Part shown: piece after piece, positions 29,027 to 32,000 of the stretch
How the letters are laid out: every line of letters starts with the position of its first letter
How positions within the stretch are numbered: position 1 is the stretch's first letter
Assembly: GCF_000039765.1 (NCBI RefSeq)
Contig: NC_004460.2
Coordinates: 900,001 to 932,000, forward strand
Length of the DNA: 32,000 bases
Source of the DNA: Vibrio vulnificus CMCP6
GTDB taxonomy: Bacteria > Pseudomonadota > Gammaproteobacteria > Enterobacterales > Vibrionaceae
Direction of reading: 5' to 3'
Translations under genes and position numbers: made by a program
Notes under the pieces: generated by a model
Told to the model about the DNA's origin: nothing
Database searches by the model: none
What the model saw: only the letters and a program-made list of their open reading frames with translations

Positions 29027-30595
29027 TTACAAATGCCAACTCCGCGTAATTTGCGCCTCTGCGACAAAATGATCGTCGTGACTCACCAAAATGAGTGCGC
29101 CTTGGTAGTGGGCCAGCGCATGGGCCAATGCCTGTTTGGATTCCAAATCGAGATGATTGTCCGGTTCATCCAACAGTAGCAGAGGCTGGTTGGGTACATG
29201 GCTTACCATCAACATCGCCAATTTCATTTTCTCACCGCCACTTAGATGTGCCGCTTGCCGATCAACGCTATCTCGACGAAAACCGATCCCGGCTAGCAGC
29301 AGACGAGCCTCATTGGTGGTTATCCCTGAGCAAAAGTGGGTGAGATTTTCCAGCAAAGAGAGCTGAAGGTTGATGATTTGGTAGTGTTGGTCAAGATAAA
29401 CCGCAGGCGCATAACGGCAAATCTCACCACTGTATTCCTCGTGAAGACCTGTCAGCGCTTTCAGTAGCCGACTTTTCCCCACGCCATTGGCACCAAACAA
29501 ACGGCAACGCTCTCCTTGTTTGAGCTGAAACGAGAGAGGTGTGTGCGTGAGCCCTTGCGTTCGATAATCCGTCACATTCAGCAACGTCCTCTTTTTGTGC
29601 TCATGCGTTTCAGACAAGTACAACTTTGGCTCTTCTTCTAGCACCAACTTCTGCTTTAAATTGTGTTGCAGATGCTGATTTCGCTTAAGTTGATTTTGCA
29701 CCTTGATGTTGGCACTCGCACGGCTATTTTCAGCGCTGTTTTTCATGCCGTCTGTCAATATTTTGGGTTGGCTACCAGACGCACGCTTTTTCTTACCTTG
29801 GCTTTCTCGCTTCTGCGCTTTCTCTTTGCTCTTTTGTATCTCGCGTTGTATCGCTTTTTGTTCACGTTGTAGGTGGTTGAGCTTGCGAGTCACCGCCTCT
29901 TGCTGCGCCTGCCATTGCTGCTGATATTGTGCATAGTGACCATCAAACCAATGCAATCCTTCTGACGTCAAACGCACTACTCGATCAACCGCCATCAACA
30001 AAGCGCGGTCATGGCTCACCAACAAGATTGGCCGCGACTCGTGCCTAATTTGCTCAATCAACCATTGTTTACCAATGTGGTCGAGATGGTTGCTCGGCTC
30101 ATCGAGGATCAACACCTCGTTGTCCCCCAAAAACAAGCGCTTTAAAGTAAGCATCGCAAGCTGTCCACCGCTAAGTTGCTGACAATTGGCATCAAGTGGT
30201 TGCGTGATCCTAAGCTCATCAAGCAAAGCTTGCGTGGTGTGCTCAATCTGCCAATCTTCTTCCAGCTGTTCAAAATGAAGTGGATCCACACTGCCCTTTT
30301 CTATTTGCTTGAGGGCATTCAGTTTTTGACTGACACCAAGGTATTGTGCAATAGAGCCTTGTGGCTTTTGATCGGATGCTTGTTGCGAGTAGTAGCCAAT
30401 TCGTCCATGAGCAACCACGTGCCCTGACGTGGGCGCTCTTTGCCCCACCAGCAATTGCAGCAGAACAGACTTACCCACACCATTTCGGCCCACCAATGCC
30501 GTTCGTCCCTCGGCAAGTTGAAAATCAAGATGGTGAAATAACCATTCACCGCTGTTTAATTGATAGCTCAGTTGCTGAGCCTGAATAACGGGCAT
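29027..30595 (-). CDS. ABC-F family ATP-binding protein (two nucleotide-binding domains, no TM segments)
   Basis: GRNGVGKSVLLQLL, LSGGQLAMLTLKRLFL, LILDEPSNHLDH; GANGVGKSRLLKALTG, LSGGEKMKLAMLML, LLLDEPDNHLDLES. Start taken at MPVIQAQ (alternative start 30616). Confidence 0.9.
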   Translation of the reverse strand: MPVIQAQQLSYQLNSGEWLFHHLDFQLAEGRTALVGRNGVGKSVLLQLLVGQRAPTSGHVVAHGRIGYYSQQASDQKPQGSIAQYLGVSQKLNALKQIEKGSVDPLHFEQLEEDWQIEHTTQALLDELRITQPLDANCQQLSGGQLAMLTLKRLFLGDNEVLILDEPSNHLDHIGKQWLIEQIRHESRPILLVSHDRALLMAVDRVVRLTSEGLHWFDGHYAQYQQQWQAQQEAVTRKLNHLQREQKAIQREIQKSKEKAQKRESQGKKKRASGSQPKILTDGMKNSAENSRASANIKVQNQLKRNQHLQHNLKQKLVLEEEPKLYLSETHEHKKRTLLNVTDYRTQGLTHTPLSFQLKQGERCRLFGANGVGKSRLLKALTGLHEEYSGEICRYAPAVYLDQHYQIINLQLSLLENLTHFCSGITTNEARLLLAGIGFRRDSVDRQAAHLSGGEKMKLAMLMVSHVPNQPLLLLDEPDNHLDLESKQALAHALAHYQGALILVSHDDHFVAEAQITRSWHL

Positions 30596-31097
30596 AGAGA
30601 CCCCCTTACGATTCAAAGAAAGGTAAGAAGTCAGTAAGCATAATTACGAATGTCCTCTCATGTTATGCCTCAAAGGCACCTACACGAAAATCGAAGCATA
30701 GGAAAACAAGATGTACAACAGAAACGCAATAACGCCGACTAACTCCAAGAGCCGAATGAATAAAGATCATCGGAATATAGGGAAGTTAGATATTCATGTA
30801 GGCGTTATCTCCGCAAGAAAGGATGGCGAGAGGTTAACAATTGAACAAACGAGATGTCAAGTGCAACTCATGAATCAACACACAACAAAAAACTAAATAA
30901 TGAAGCTCTAAATCAATGAATAAAAACAAAATAATCAATAAGAATATTTTTGTGACAATTGATAAGTATTTGATAAATCATAAATGCAACAAATGAGTAT
31001 TGTGGTATTTTCGCCTGTCTCTATGCACATAAAATATACCTATTATTTCAATCGCATAGTTATTAAAAATACGTTAAATATCAATAAGGAAATTTGT

Positions 31098-31682
31098 GTG
31101 AAAAAGTTGGCATTATCTAAAGTTTTTCTGTTGGGCTTATTGGCCTCTTCGTATGCAAGTGCGAATGTATTGACAGGAGTAGTCGGCATTGGATATGGCT
31201 TTGGAGGCGATAAACTGGGTGAAGGCGTTTTCGTCAATGGCGATAGCGATGATATAAAAGCGAACGAAGGTATCTCTATTTTTGGCGGGGCGGATTTAGC
31301 GCTTCCACAAGATTTCTTGTTGCGTGGCACCCTAGGTTACAAATTTGACACCATTGATGCGTCAAACGGTGATATCTCATTCAGCCGAGTTCCTGTTGAG
31401 TTCACAGTGTTCAAGAGCTTAAGCAACCACAAATTGGGTGCCGGGTTTACCTATCACACCGCGGTTAGCTATGAGTGTAATGTAAGCGGGATCTGCAGCG
31501 GCGAAGTAGAATTCGATGATGCAGCCGGCTTGGTGGTGCAATATGAATACGCGTTTGCGCCTGGAGCTCTTGGCCAAATCGCGGTTGGTGCAAAATACAC
31601 CAATATCGAGTATGAAGTTTCCTCAACAGGCGAGACTTTTGATGGCAGTGGCTTCGATATTCACCTTACCGTTTTATTCTAA
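31098..31682 (+). CDS. Small outer membrane beta-barrel protein candidate
   Basis: GTG start with AAGGA upstream; signal peptide VKKLALSKVFLLGLLASSYASA; alternating beta strands with Gly/aromatic residues ending TVLF. Confidence 0.7.
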   Translation: MKKLALSKVFLLGLLASSYASANVLTGVVGIGYGFGGDKLGEGVFVNGDSDDIKANEGISIFGGADLALPQDFLLRGTLGYKFDTIDASNGDISFSRVPVEFTVFKSLSNHKLGAGFTYHTAVSYECNVSGICSGEVEFDDAAGLVVQYEYAFAPGALGQIAVGAKYTNIEYEVSSTGETFDGSGFDIHLTVLF

Positions 31683-31730
31683 AACCCATCTAAATCTACA
31701 CCAATAAATCGGTGTTAATCTGTGTCATTT

Positions 31731-31753
31731 AGGGAAGAGATGCTCTCTTCCCT
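31731..31753. terminator. 10-bp inverted repeat, terminator-like
   Basis: AGGGAAGAGA-TGC-TCTCTTCCCT followed by a short T-rich stretch. Confidence 0.55.
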
Positions 31754-31864
31754 TGTTTCCTAGACGTTTCGTTATTTACCCCAATGGAAACGACGCGTGG
31801 TTTCTTCAATATCAGCACCGTTTAAATCAACAAACGCAGCCATTTCAAGCTGCGTTTTCTCTTG

Positions 31865-32000
31865 TTAGCGCATCACAAACCACTCTTCGTGGAAGCGCTG
31901 ATGGATATCGACCCGATAAAGTTTTAGCGCTTGCTTTAAGGCATGCGAGAACGCCACAGGCCCGCAGAAGTAGAAATCATAGTCGCGCAGGTCACCGCAT
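31865..32000 (-). CDS. C-terminal end of an FAD/NAD(P)-binding ferric reductase-like oxidoreductase (partial)
   Basis: Hand translation CGDLRDYDFYFCGPVAFSHALKQALKLYRVDIHQRFHEEWFVMR*; YFCGP motif of ferredoxin-NADP reductase-like NAD domains. No ORF supplied. Confidence 0.7.
   Translation of the reverse strand, partial: CGDLRDYDFYFCGPVAFSHALKQALKLYRVDIHQRFHEEWFVMR

Overview
This window is Vibrio-like (inferred from gene content; no search was run). It contains: (1) about 0-14.4 kb, an iron-regulated catechol/phenol siderophore locus. It encodes a DAHP synthase fragment, EntA-, EntC-, EntE- and EntB-like enzymes, a ViuB-type siderophore-interacting protein, a PchB-like isochorismate pyruvate lyase, a second aryl-AMP ligase, a standalone carrier protein, an FatB/VatD-like binding protein, a TonB-dependent receptor and a VibH-like condensation protein. 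Several Fur-box-like sequences lie in the intergenic regions. Having both 2,3-DHB and salicylate branches fits a vulnibactin-like product. (2) about 15.0-15.5 kb, an unannotated CsrB-family sRNA candidate with about 18 GGA motifs, an upstream GacA/VarA-type UAS and a rho-independent terminator. (3) rimK, a RimB-like retropepsin-fold protein and an MBL-fold hydrolase. (4) 18.2-25.7 kb, a copper operon with a MerR/CueR-type 19-bp-spacer promoter, a small Cys-containing secreted protein, an outer membrane factor, CusB with two C-terminal CusF-like domains, CusA and a CopI-like cupredoxin. (5) 25.9-29.0 kb, tryptophanase operon tnaC-tnaA-tnaB, where the tnaC leader is absent from the ORF track. 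(6) an ABC-F ATPase, a small outer membrane beta-barrel candidate and the 3' end of a flavodoxin-reductase-like gene. I see no clear new defence, mobile or CRISPR system. The most interesting points are the csrB-like RNA, the Ser-to-Cys change separating the two aryl-AMP ligases, the duplicated CusF domain whose second copy lacks the Met ligands, the composite CTAG tandem repeat and the tnaC leader.
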